Made by a program: the position numbers and the translations under genes
The notes under the pieces: generated by a model
Databases searched by the model: none
What the model saw: the letters and a program-made list of their open reading frames with translations, nothing else
Told to the model about the DNA's origin: nothing
Assembly (NCBI RefSeq): GCF_052425735.1
Contig: NW_027558254.1
Span: 124,001 to 188,000, forward strand
Length of the DNA stretch: 64,000 nucleotides
Source of the DNA: Oculina patagonica
Taxonomy: Eukaryota
Reading direction: 5' to 3'
In this document: positions 36,656 through 48,810 of the stretch, in pieces
Layout of the letters: every line of letters begins with the position of its first letter
How positions within the stretch are numbered: position 1 is the stretch's first letter

Positions 36656-38419
36656 TAATTGTACCGAAATTTAGATTGTGCAGTTGTTAATCCTTGGCCA
36701 ACACGGAAACAAATTCAATGAAATTTTGAAAGCGAACTTACACATTTGTGAAATTTTGGACATAAAGATTTCAGTCTAAAGTGCAACAGATTGACGTCTA
36801 TTGTAAGGAAACGCTCTTGTAAAAACTAAAATAATTTTCTGTGAACAAGATAGGGTCGAATTTGTAGATGTTGTAATTCAATTTTATCCTTGGTTCAAAT
36901 TGGATTTTCCTGTGATTCATTATCATACACAAAACATGAGTTTGAAACAAAGAAAAAAAGGAAACAAAGGAAATTGTCATTTTAGCTTAGGATAAAATTG
37001 AACTACAACAGTTATGTCCATCAGACAGGTCTACATGCTGCGAGAATCATAGATCGGCAGCCTCGACTTTTTTATCACAAAAGTTAAAAAAGATATTACA
37101 CCCCAAAATATACTTTATAAAATTAATGACCAATGCGATTTGTTCCACTGATTTTCTGAATCAAACTAATTAGCACGCTACAATTTGTCGGCCACGATAA
37201 ATCCGGACGAAAATCGGCTCAGGTTTTAACTTGCGAGCACGCTCCCAAGTTGCGACAGGACGAAAAAAGAAATAAGCGAGCGAAGCGAGTCGAGCTTTGC
37301 CTTTGGGAGCATGTTCGCAAGCTATCTCGTTTGAATGTAGCCTGGGTAAGCCTACGTAAATGGCGCTTTTGTTGTTCTACCCCCTTAGTTCGGGTTAACG
37401 CGCGGTGGACTAGCCACTCACGGCTATATTGAATGGCGATCCCATACGCGCGCGACTTCTATTCGACAAGTTGGCTGATTTTTAAAAATCTGTGACCACT
37501 TCACGCATTCTCGCTTGTCGAGCCCGATGTGATAAACGAAAACGAAATCTGCAAAAGAATCGATGCAAAACGAAATATATTTTTCAGTACTTTTAATAAA
37601 AACAAACGAAACTAACAAATCTATCACCTGCCATTTTACTTTTTTGTTTTACAAAAAAGGCTTTGACTAACACAACACATATGCAGTGTTTGCACTGTAC
37701 ATTCACTGATTTACCGTGGCCGACAAATAGGAGCGTGAAAATTGCCTCACCTCGGTGTAGACGTATGCAGGAATATTTCCAAGCAATAATTCTCGCGATT
37801 TTGACATGTATCTTTGACAGTTATTTTAAATTTTTGCATTTGTTTAGGTTTTCAATATTATGGATTAATTAGTAAATAAACCCCTTCAGTGGTCGCATTT
37901 TGAAAAATTTCTCATGTAAATAATCAACCTTGTTCCCTGGAAGAGAGAGACCCTGGGAATGAGATTGGAGAATAAATTGTTTCTGATTGACATGTGCTGA
38001 ATGCGTATAAAGGACCTTTCTGTCACCACGTTTACCGTTTAATGCATAAATTAATTGTGGTTTGATAAGTGAGTGAAGTCAAGTCATTTTAATACCTCAT
38101 TACAATTCGGTAAAAGGGAGTCTGGAATAGGGTGGAGTTTTTTGGTGTCTAGTCTAGTAGAGGGTTGCAAAATCAGCTGAATATGACCTGGTAGAGGGTA
38201 GGGGTTTTAAAGTCCCAGCGGCACACCCCACCCAAAAATATACCCGGCGCCCACTGTGCGTTATGGTAACAGTGTACAATCACAGCATTTCATTCACTCG
38301 ACACGAGCCTCTTTTTTCGCTTTTTGATTGGACTTCCCCAGGAAGAGAAAGGAAAGGTAAAAGAAACAATAAAACAAAACTCAAACTCGCTGGTGGATCA
38401 CAACAAGCAAAGAACACGT

Positions 38420-39415
38420 TTATTGACATTTGAACAGCTTAGATACACTTTGTCGTATTTGAGGGTTTCGACGGTGGTACAACACTGGGTTTATACTGGA
38501 GATTATCGAGGCGATTGGAAAATACAACGGTTCCATAAACATAAAGGTGGCTGGATTGGCTGTCTTTGAAATAACTACAACTATAGCACAAGGAATCAAC
38601 ACCAGGACAAGTTCCCCCGCAACCCAACTTGTTGTGACAGTTAATTTGCGCTCAATGGCTGCAGTTGTATGAACTGGATTGTTCCCCTGCCCCGGGTCCG
38701 CTGCTGGGTCGCTATTCTGGGCCACGGAATTGTTATGCTTATTTAAAACATAAAGCGTCAAACCCTGAACGATGACAATGAAAAAGGAGATTGCTATCAC
38801 ATAACAGGCCTCTAGCACCTCTACTACATTCTGTGGTACAATGCGGGTTATCTTGGCTGTGATAATAAAAATGGAGAGAAGCCACACCCCAAAGCACTCC
38901 AGGCAGGCGTGCCAGAGTTTTACAGAGACCTTATACCACATTGCCTTAGCAACAGCTAAGTAACGATCCAAGCTTATCACAGCAAGGCTACCTACAGTGC
39001 CGAGCAAACACAAGAAAAAGGATGCAACCATCACAGGGTCATCCCTCTCGCTGCGATTTAACGCGCAAACTTGGCTGTTGATAATTTCCTGAACCCTATA
39101 TTTTAAATACACTGGGGTCACCAGCCCTCCCCACAGAAGATCAGTCAAGGTCAAACTACACAGCAACAGAAATCCTGGACGAATTCGCATTCCGCCCTTT
39201 AGAATCGCTATCAAGATTAACCCGTTTGACAGGACAATCCAGATACCTAACAGCGTATTGACCGGTGTCAACACTACATTAGTGTAATAGAAGTAATCTC
39301 GTTGCAACGTTTGTGACACTCCAGGGATGTAACAGCTTTCCTCATCTCCATCTCGGTGCTGAGTGGTGTGATTACTGATTCCGGCGTCAGAAGAGGAAAC
39401 GTTTATATCGGCCAT
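38420..39415 (-). CDS. Class A GPCR, copy 4 (older paralogue), 331 aa
   Basis: SNGLILIAILKGGMRIRPGFLLLCSLTLTD, SLDRYLAV and INPVLY. Acceptor CTTTCTCTACCCTAG lies 4 nt before the ATG. Confidence 0.92.
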   Translation of the reverse strand: MADINVSSSDAGISNHTTQHRDGDEESCYIPGVSQTLQRDYFYYTNVVLTPVNTLLGIWIVLSNGLILIAILKGGMRIRPGFLLLCSLTLTDLLWGGLVTPVYLKYRVQEIINSQVCALNRSERDDPVMVASFFLCLLGTVGSLAVISLDRYLAVAKAMWYKVSVKLWHACLECFGVWLLSIFIITAKITRIVPQNVVEVLEACYVIAISFFIVIVQGLTLYVLNKHNNSVAQNSDPAADPGQGNNPVHTTAAIERKLTVTTSWVAGELVLVLIPCAIVVVISKTANPATFMFMEPLYFPIASIISSINPVLYHRRNPQIRQSVSKLFKCQ

Positions 39416-39906
39416 AAACCTAGGGTAGAGAAAGCTCTTGTTAGCTACGTTAATTTTATTATTGTTAACGGCTACTACTTTTAGTGATTTTTTCTGTGCA
39501 AGATTTAGCGACTATTTATATTAAGGATTTTCCGAAAATTAAAAAAAATAGTTATATATTGTAAAGCATTTTTTTTATGAAAATCTTATTTACGTGTATT
39601 TTCAGTTTAATTCCATCGCCTGGAAAGTAGCCATTTTAGCTCAAAGCTTCATTTACATTATTAATATTTTTCTATACGAATATCTTTAAAACCCCTTCTT
39701 ACCTCCAGTTAAATTATTGAGCGAACATCTGAAAACTCCTGACAGATTGGCAGCTTTTTTGTTTCTCTTTCACCTAAAAATGATAAAGATAAAAAGTTAC
39801 TTGCACTATCTAACCTGGATAAAGTCCTTTGACAAAGAACTGAAATGTTACGCGAACTTCGGTGGTATTAGTCGCCTTCAAATATTCCGCCTTTCGTATA
39901 AATTTG

Positions 39907-40441
39907 TAGTCCGGCGGCTAAGCTCGAAATTTTAGTCGAATTGTGCACTTTTTGATACAAGCATGAAATTTGGCACACTGAAAGTGGTCACCAACAGAAG
40001 TTTTTTCAGATATAGTGCCAAGCCCGAAAAACGCCAGTTTCCATGGAAACCACAATGTATTAAAATAAATGAAATTTCGTGAAATATTTGTTTATCCTGT
40101 TTTATAGACAAATACTATTATGTTAGGTAGTGATACCAAGTCGCACTTACAAAATTTAAAATGAAATGCTTTAATTTAGACTGTTTACAGCCCTATATAT
40201 TTTCGTATATTTCTTCTGTTAGCGAACTGCGAACGCTGTGATCGTGGAATGATTCGCGAGAGCTGGACGCGTGGGGGAGGGGCCTCTTGGCTGAAAATTT
40301 CATTGCTGATTACTATCTGAAAATGGGAAATTGGCGTTGGCACTATATCGAGAATTGATTAATACGTGAAGGCTTGTAATCCTAAAAAATTTGGTGCTTG
40401 TATCAAAAACCGCACAATTCAGAAGCTAAGCCGCCGGACTA
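39907..40441. mobile_element. Non-autonomous DNA transposon with 3-bp TSD (possibly Academ-like)
   Basis: Near-perfect TIRs TAGTCCGGCGGCTAAGCT / AGCTAAGCCGCCGGACTA; TSD TTG on both sides. Superfamily assignment is tentative. Confidence 0.75.
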
Positions 40442-41268
40442 TTGAAATGTTTTAAAAAAAGTTTTTTTTCGACTTGATATGCGGAAGGCAAAATATACGT
40501 CTACTTACTTTTAACAATGTCTGTACGTAACGACCAATGATTCAATTATGCAGTACTTCGTTACTTAAAAGGTATATAGTTCAGAATTCCACTTTAAAAC
40601 AGCTTCAAAGTTACAAGCTGTCTCAACATTACCGGCTAAAATATGCCTTTGAGTAATGAAATAAATATGCATTTGCTGATCCTGACCGTAGAAAATCGGA
40701 ACTAGGTTAGACTTAGCGAGACATGTACAATAGGCACTTAAAACAATAAAACGAAAACCTTCAGTCTCTTTTCGTAAACTTATTTAAGACGACATCTGGT
40801 GTATTAAAGCTAAGAAAAAACACCATCTTAAAACGTTATACCGGCTAATTTGCATTATTTGTTAATTAGCTAATTTCCATTAAGTTCTGGAACAGCTATT
40901 TCAAAAATTCAATTTCGTCATACCTTGCAGATTTTCCGTTTTAGACATAAAGCAGCCTTCAGAATTCAACAAATCCAGACAGACTGATCCAGAGAATCTC
41001 TTACAGACAAAAGGACTATATCTGCATGGAAGAAAAACGTTTGTCACTGCAATGTTTTGTTATTATTTCAGCACACAGACTTCAAAGTTTCGCGATCGAC
41101 CAAAATGGATCGGAGCTTAATATACATGTATCACTATATAAAAAATGTTCGGGTTGTAGCCAGGCATGTTAAAAATACAAATTAATAAGTTGACACTAGC
41201 TAAAAATATTGTTTTTGGACGTTTCGGCCACTTACTTGTTGCACTCGGAAAGTTCATAAAATTTAAAA

Positions 41269-42017
41269 GGGTGCGTTTCTTTGGGAAAAATCCAAATCCG
41301 GATTCTTGATCCAAAAACGGATTTTGCGTTTCTTTACCTATTTCCGAAAATGGATTAATCTTGGATCAATGATCTGAAGAATCCACACTTCGAGTGGATA
41401 CATCAGATCATATCTGAATCCGGATTTTTAGGATTCATGATCCGTGCGTTTTTTTGGGAAAGGATTCGAAAAAGTACCTTGGCCCAGCGGTCTTTGCTGT
41501 GAAAATACAAGTTCGCTCTTTGTTAACACTGCCATACGGAAAGTTTTAGGCGGTTATTTCGATCAAAATACAAAAATTTTTCACGATAAAAGGAAACGGT
41601 AGCTTCAGATAGGTATGTAGTATCATTTTAAACAGGATACAGGTTTTCTAGAACAGCCATTTTGTGCCATTTTGTATCCTTTTAAAATTGTCACGAGTGA
41701 AATTTGCACTGATCATTTCGCAACTCATTCTTCGCTCTCAGATGCTTTCTCGCCACATTGTGCTTAACGCTAAAGAAGATCTACTCAGTCGACGTGTGGT
41801 TTTTGTAAAAGATTTTGTATGCTTAAATTATTTTAGCTTGGATACATTCGACGAAAAATAAATTTTGTACTGATATTTTGTGTTCTGTGCGAAATGTGTT
41901 TACGGGGTTGTCATGGCAAAAAATCCGTTTTCGGATTCTTCGTTTCTTTGAAAGCAAAGTATCCGTGTGATCTGAGATCAATGATCCAATTTTGGATTTT
42001 CCCAAAGAAACGCACCC
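41269..42017. mobile_element. MITE with Harbinger-like termini inside a Penelope-like remnant
   Basis: TIRs GGGTGCGTTTCTTTGGGAAAAATCCAAA / TTTGGATTTTCCCAAAGAAACGCACCC followed by TTA. Confidence 0.8.
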
Positions 42018-42809
42018 TTAGTTTTTATCACACATTCGTTACAGATTTTTAACAGGACGCCGTTGAACATTTGCATTTTTATTTTGCTAAAGAAGGCAAC
42101 AGTAGTGGCCGAAACGTCCAAAAACAATATTTTTAGCCAGTGTCAACTTATTACTTCGTATTTTTTTTATACCGTAGTTACTATCTTATTAAATTGACTT
42201 TTTTGCTTTCGTGATGTTTGGCATTTGGATCGTGTATAAGAACGGTTGTAATGTGGAAAAAAACCGTATCCTCCTTCGGTCGCGAGATATCGTATCGTCA
42301 GATTTTTTTTAACACACTTAAAGGAAAAACACCAGCCCGAGTTTATCAGGAAATGAAGTATTGGCCTTTTTGGGAAGAATTCAAAGAAATTTACAGCGAA
42401 CGACATTTTTACATTGAAAGCAGGTATACAAACAACAAAGGAACTCAGGGGTTTTCAGGGAAATTTGCACTAAGAAAAATGATCGATATCGCACGAACTG
42501 GCGAATTGCGATGCAATGGTACTCGGGATTTGAAGTGATGGGGATGCTCGAAGGATTTTTTTGGGTTTGAAATTTTGGATTCCGGGATTTTTTAGGTGGG
42601 AAAATTTTGCAAGTACAAGTAGGGATGTGTTTGGGTATTTAAAATAATCTGAAGATTCGTGGTAGTGCCTTGGCTGCACAGTTCTGCAAATAAACTACAA
42701 ACAAACGTGTTTTGCTGTTGATTTTTGAAAGGTAAATTTTTGATTTAAGGATTTTTGGGGGTTATGTTGGAAGCCCTTGGGATTTTTTTGGGTCTTGATA
42801 CCAAGTCCC

Positions 42810-43615
42810 GTTATATGAAAATACCTGGCATTTTTTTTAAATTGCATGCGATAAAAACATCGACATACATAGCAAAAAACTTACCATCCCGTTTTGAAGC
42901 GTTGAATAAAGACTGCATAAGTTTCGTGTTGGTGGGCTTTTCTTGAGACGACAAATACTGCAAAATCTGCCTTGTACGACTAATGAATTACTGAGAGGAA
43001 AACAGGAAATTATAAGAACGAATTGAATGGAGACATCAAAATCAACATATCTATAGAATCTCTTACAGACAACGGACTATATCTGCAGTCAAGATTAACG
43101 TTTCTCAGTGCAGCGTTTTGCAATGTTTTGTTAAATGAATTACTGAGAGAAAAACAGGAAATTATAAGAACGAACTGAATGGCGACATCAAAATCAACAG
43201 ATCCATTGAAATTCTTACAGACAAAAAGACTATATCTGCACGCAAAATAGACGTTTCACAGTGCAGTGTTTTGCAATGTTTTGTTAAACTTTTTCTGGTG
43301 AAAGGTGAAATCTTCCCCCACCCCTTCCCAACGGTTTTTCTACGCGAAATACCTCGTCTCGTCATGTAAAAATACCTGGCATCTTTTTGAAGTTGTGCTA
43401 GCTAGAAACATCGAAAATACATGGAAAGAAAACTTACCATTCGATTTTGAAGTTTTAAATGAAGACTGCATAAGTTTCCTGTGAGTGGGCTTTTCTCGAG
43501 AAGACACTGAATTGTGGTCTGAATGCTATTACTAAATCCTGCAAAGTCTTCATTGTGTGCCTAATGAGTTACTGACAGAAAAACAGGAAATTATAGCAAC
43601 GAAATGAATGACGAC
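42810..43615. repeat. Local tandem duplications containing exon-like units
   Basis: 42810-43040 resembles 43365-43615, and 42983-43133 resembles 43135-43290. Confidence 0.8.
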
Positions 43616-44184
43616 GGCATCAAAACAGAATTATTTAGGACAATAGACGGGAAAATGCTAACTTAGGCCTAATTTACGCTATGCATTGACATCAGCTCAA
43701 TGCATTTGTATGCTTACAAAAATGGCATCGAAATACACGTCGCTTTCCCGATTCCGCATGGTGAATTGAAACGAAGTTGAATTTCAATGTTTAGGACTTA
43801 AAAATCGAAGTATATTTTTCATCATGCCGTTTAGGTTTTCGGATTTTAGTGTAGCCATTAAAAATGTCCGATTGATATTCAAAATAAAAAATAATAAAAT
43901 AAAAGGAATATCAGAATAAATGGATTTTCGTCACTGATATTCAGATCAATGAAAAAGCAGACGGGATGTTTCAGAGAACGCTATATTTTGGTCTTTACGC
44001 ACGGTACCATTAACATATAAATATGAAGAAATGCGCCGCACACCATAAAATGAATTAATACTAAGAATATACGTGATTTAAAAACTAGCTATTTACAATA
44101 ATGTACATATGACTAAAAAAAAGATTATTTAAAAAGCTGAAAAAATAAAATTAATAGATAATAAAAATGATCCTATTCATACGC

Positions 44185-44345
44185 TTTCCTAAATAAAAAT
44201 GTCTTCAGTTTCGATTTAAAACGTATAAAGTGTCCTCATGTCTTATTTCTCTTGGCAATTTATTCCAAACAGATGGAGCAGCAGCGGAAAAAGCTCTGTC
44301 AGCAAGTGTCTTCTTTATCTTCATGGACGGTGGTACCAACAGCAC
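44185..44345 (-). mobile_element. 3' fragment of an L2/CR1-group LINE
   Basis: Minus strand reads RAFSAAAPSVWNKLPREIR...FKSKLKTFLF, the usual L2 ORF2 C-terminus. Confidence 0.7.
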
Positions 44346-45120
44346 TTCAGAATTTGAGTTTGGGAACTTTGGCGCTTGGCCATGTATAGCTTTTAACGTT
44401 GTAAAAAACGAAAAAATAGTGTACAGAAAAGAGAAGGCTAACAGTTTCAGTGCTGTAATATAGCAGTTTTTAATGAAAATGGACTTCTATTTTTAGGTTT
44501 CTTGCGACACAAATATAATTTTTGGCTGTAGAAAAATCTGGTAAAATCAAAAAATGACTGGCTTTCTTTTCTTTGTGTGATATGCCTCTTTAGATAATAG
44601 CAAGTTCCATTTCTTATATGTGTCAAGAAAAGAAACGTTGGGCATAGAAATTATTGCAAAAATGATCAGAAAGAATTTGAGGTGAAAGACTAAATAAACC
44701 TATGATGTGCTGTAGATTTTGGCATTATTGTAGGTGTTTAAGCATTGCACTATTTTTGACACAGTTGCACGGGATCTCGGCTTACACTTCGCTGAGTTCA
44801 GCTGAAATTTGCCATTCTAAGCTTGAGGAAGATGGTCATACTGCAAAACAAGGCCTACATTTGGGCGAGTATATAGGTGTTCATGTGTTGAAATAAATGG
44901 TAGTTATTCGGGTGGCTGGTGTCTCCTCGTAATTCCGATCCAGCCTTTTGTCATCAAACAGAGGAGTAACTATTCCAATGAGGGAAGATCAGCAGAAAAC
45001 GTAAACTTCTTCTCACCAGTCAGTCAATCATTATTATAAGGAGGGCCCTTTATTCGCAGAGGAGGACTTATAAGCCGAATAATGAAAAGACGTCTCAAAA
45101 TGAGCATTGGGATTGCCTGT

Positions 45121-45725
45121 CTTGTTAGCTTGGATTGCATGCTCCTGTGGTTTTGCGAGAGAAAGGCGATGTCGTCGGCGAAGTGCAGATCTTCTAGCTG
45201 GGTCGTGAGGGTCCACTGTATGCCATCCTGAAGTTTCTCTGCCGTCCTCCGCATTATCCAATCGACGACAAGCAGGAACAAGAAGGGCGACAGCAAGCAA
45301 CCCTGGCGCACTCCAGTGAGCATTTCAACCAGTTCTGAAAGAACTCCGTTGTGGATGACTCTACAGGTGCACTTCTCATAGGTCTTCTGTATAAGAGTGA
45401 TGTGTTTCTCTGGGATGCCATAGTGGCGTAACAGCTTCTACAAAACTTCCCTATCATCGCTGTCGAATGCCTCTTCATAGTCCACAATTTGCAAAGGTCG
45501 CATAAACAGGAGAGTTCCACTCTAGAGACTGCTCCGAGATGATCCTCAGAGTGGCAATTTGATCTGTGCATGACCCATCTTTCCTGAACCCAGTCTGTTC
45601 TTCACTCAATTGTTTGTCCACCTCTACTTTCAATCTTTCCAGAATTATCCTATTCAGTACTTTTCCGGCCGTCGACAGCAGCATGGGGCCTCTCCAGTTC
45701 TGACATTCCTTCAGATCTCCCTTCC
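45121..45725 (-). pseudogene. RTE-clade LINE reverse transcriptase fragment, frameshifted
   Basis: LLSTAGKVLNRIILERL...EQTGFRK..SCTDQIATLRII...AFDS...GVRQGCLLSPFLF...FADDIA, spread over several frames. Confidence 0.88.
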
Positions 45726-46688
45726 TTCCTTTACTGCCATCCAGCAGAGGGGGACTTATATTCCGGCGGAGGTGGAGGGGGGGAGATGGGCCTATAGTCG
45801 GGGGGGGGGGGGGCTTCTAAGCGGCAGTTTACGGTATTCTGTATTTTGTATGCTACAAGTTTTATTTTATTTATTTATCCTTTTTTTCCTTTGTATCAAT
45901 AACAATATTAAAAAATAAATAAAAATCACAACCCTTGGTTCTAGAACTCTTTTAGCCAAGCGCAAGTGCACGTCATGATGGGATACCGATGACAGCATAT
46001 TTCTGTTCAGGTCTTTTAAGGTAAAGACGGCCAATGAGGAAAATTTGGTGAAAGGCGTAGTCCAGAAACTTGTTTTCCCTTAGTTTCCAAGTCACTTTTC
46101 TGCTCAATGGTAACTCTACAACTGTGGCACGTACAGTTTCCTTTTTACTGTTCTGCTAAATGGCTATCATACAACTAAGACCGGCCAGTGTACACAGAGG
46201 CAAAAAGCCGCCTTCTCAGTCCTGGCTACCATCGCGTTGCAGTATTGTACGCAGACTCAATGTTTCCTGCTCACTGGTTCACAGCCAAAGGCATTTGCTA
46301 CTTGATGGAAAACATGTTGTTCCAGTTTTAAATCGTTCCATTTTTTTTTTCGACTGAACAAATGGAAAACGTCCTTGCATCTGGAACCAATTTTATACCC
46401 AGTCCTCCTTCCCGCTAGCGCTCCCCCTCCCCCCGGCAAGGAGTTCGGCCTTCTTTTTTCCTTTCCGTTTTAGAAATTTTTTACTTCTAATTAAAAGTTA
46501 ACCTTGTCAATAAAACCTAGAACACCAATACTTCTAGCATGGTCATTTTCATTTTCGTAAAGTCTGTCCCGGCAACCTGCCAATGACCGAGGAGCCGGCG
46601 GTATCTAGGTTCAAAATTCATTTGAACCAAAAAGTTAGATAAGTGAAACGGCGTGCATTTCTGGTCAGTGGCAATTGGCGTGACCGGT

Positions 46689-46749
46689 TATAAAAGCGTG
46701 AGGTGGTACATTTTCTGTCTCCTGCACCTGTCACGTCGACGAGGTAAGA
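46689..46749 (+). promoter_or_regulatory. TATA box and short non-coding first exon with splice donor, probably for the zinc-finger gene
   Basis: TATAAAA at 46689-46695; strong donor GAG|GTAAGA at 46743/46744; matching acceptor TTTGCAAG at 48568. The link is inferred. Confidence 0.55.
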
Positions 46750-46774
46750 AATAACTCTGCATAGATTGTTTATA

Positions 46775-47121
46775 CAGTCGAACTTCGATATAACGATATG
46801 CCAAGGAAGCAGTAAAATTATTGTTATCGAAATTCCCGATATAACGATATGGCCGTAAAATAACCGAAAATATCGTTATGTAGGGGTAAACCTAACATTT
46901 ACTTTTTACTGGATAAAGAGACTTAGAATATAGCTTCATTTTCGTATATCATCCTATAAAGCTGTTCTCAGAAACGTTAGAGATTACTCGATTACTGTTT
47001 TGTCATTGTATTAAATTCATAATAAGCCTAAATTCCGACTGTGTACTGATGATATCGTTATATCGGGGAAGTTTTTACGTTCGGTCCACTAAATTCTCAT
47101 CGTTATATCGAAGATCCACTG
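46775..47121. mobile_element. Tc1/mariner (pogo-type) MITE
   Basis: TA|CAGTCGAACTTCGATATAACGAT ... ATCGTTATATCGAAGATCCACTG|TA. Confidence 0.85.
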
Positions 47122-48573
47122 TAATGATACATCATGGTTTTGAGTGACATTTTGTTATAGTTTATCGACGCAAAAGCACTTGACAGTGAAAATGAGAGAC
47201 ATTTTAAAACTTCGACGTTTCGAATTAGAAGTCATCTTTGACCCGATTATCACGTAGAGAGTTAACGGTTGCAGTTTTGAAATTAAATATATGCAAAGTT
47301 GACAGAGCACATTGGAATATTTTAAAAGTGTTTGATCACGTTCATTAGCGTTCAAAGTGTCAGTGCGTGCTGTATTTAATTAAACAAATAACTTCGGACG
47401 TATGGAGTCCGACTGCGTTTAATTTTGGGTCTTCATTCACGAACAAGGATCAATTTGTGAACTAAAAAAATCAGTTTTCCTTGGCATTTCTATCACGGTT
47501 TTTTTTTGGTCGGTCAGGATTGTGACACCATGGCTTGCAAATTGCAGACGGTTTTTGTTCTTCTCTACGCCATTTATCAAGTCAAAAAGTAAAAGTTGAG
47601 ACGAATATAAAAGACACGAAAAACAAATATTTGTATGTCCTATGGGTATAACTTCCAAAGTAAAAAACAAGAGATTAAAAAATTGAGAAATTCTAATTAA
47701 AGGTACGAAAGTGTCAAGTAAAAAGTTTAGCGCGAATCGCGATTTGGGAGTTGCTTCTTTATTTTTTTATAACATTCAAGAGATGATCTTTGTCCTTTGT
47801 TGTCATGTTGTGTTTTAAGGTGTCTTCCGATGGCATGATAACGGTGTTCACTAGTGGGTCGACTTAGGTGTCGAACAGTAAACCCGACATAATTTGCACC
47901 ACATCAATTACATTGGAATAAATATACAACGCATCGCGCGCTTACGCTTAGCGACTTGTTTTTGTTTCCACTTTAAAGGATCCTAGTCAGCCTCCGCCAT
48001 TTTGGATGCCATCGAAATTATAAAAACTGTATGGCGAAGCGAATTCTTATTGCAATTGAAGTCTGTTTAATTACTTTGGCAATTTCGCATTGATCTCTTT
48101 CCTTTAGACACGCTCCGCGAAAAATATAATACAGAAATTCTCGTATGAAAACAAAAACAAAGGCGTGGCTGACTAGGGTCCTTTAAGTTTGCGGTACTTT
48201 TCTGCTGATAATGGATCACGGAGAATGAACGTCTTCGCGGACGCGATTGGTTGATTGCTGATCTTTGAAAAGTAACTCTAAAATATTTCAAACTACACCT
48301 AATTCCAATAGGGTTGTCAGAAGAAATTAATTGAAGGCATGTTTGAAATTTACCGGTAGAAATGACCTCAAAACGACTCAAAATACACATAAATCAATTT
48401 ATAAGTGTACAGATATAAACTTGTGAGTTTTCATTAAATGCTACCGTTATAATGATAAAGCTAATTTATTCCTTTCACTTTTTTCTATGACGTAATTGAA
48501 ATTAGGTGTATTTTAATTAATAAAATAATTTTTAACTGTCATATTTTCGTTTTTGTCTTGTTTGCAAGGGAAT

Positions 48574-48810
48574 ATGTCGAGTAGGTCATACTCATTTCCA
48601 TGCGAAATTTGTGGTCGAATTTTTTCAAGGCCAAACCAAAGAGAAAAGCATATGGTTATACACAATGGGCTGACGCCTTTTGGTTGCCCGGATTGTGAGA
48701 GACGTTTCAACCGGGAAGGGAACATGTGGAGACACGTAAAATCAGTGCACGGTAAAGGTAAGAGCAAGATTCAGGAAAGGAAAAGGGCAGAAGAGTGTGA
48801 TTATGGCTAA
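48574..48810 (+). CDS. Small C2H2 zinc-finger protein (2 fingers, 78 aa)
   Basis: FPCEICGRIFSRPNQREKHMVIH, linker NGLTP, FGCPDCERRFNREGNMWRHVKSVH, then a basic tail. Preceded by a polypyrimidine tract and AG. It could instead be the last exon of a longer gene. Confidence 0.8.
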   Translation: MSSRSYSFPCEICGRIFSRPNQREKHMVIHNGLTPFGCPDCERRFNREGNMWRHVKSVHGKGKSKIQERKRAEECDYG

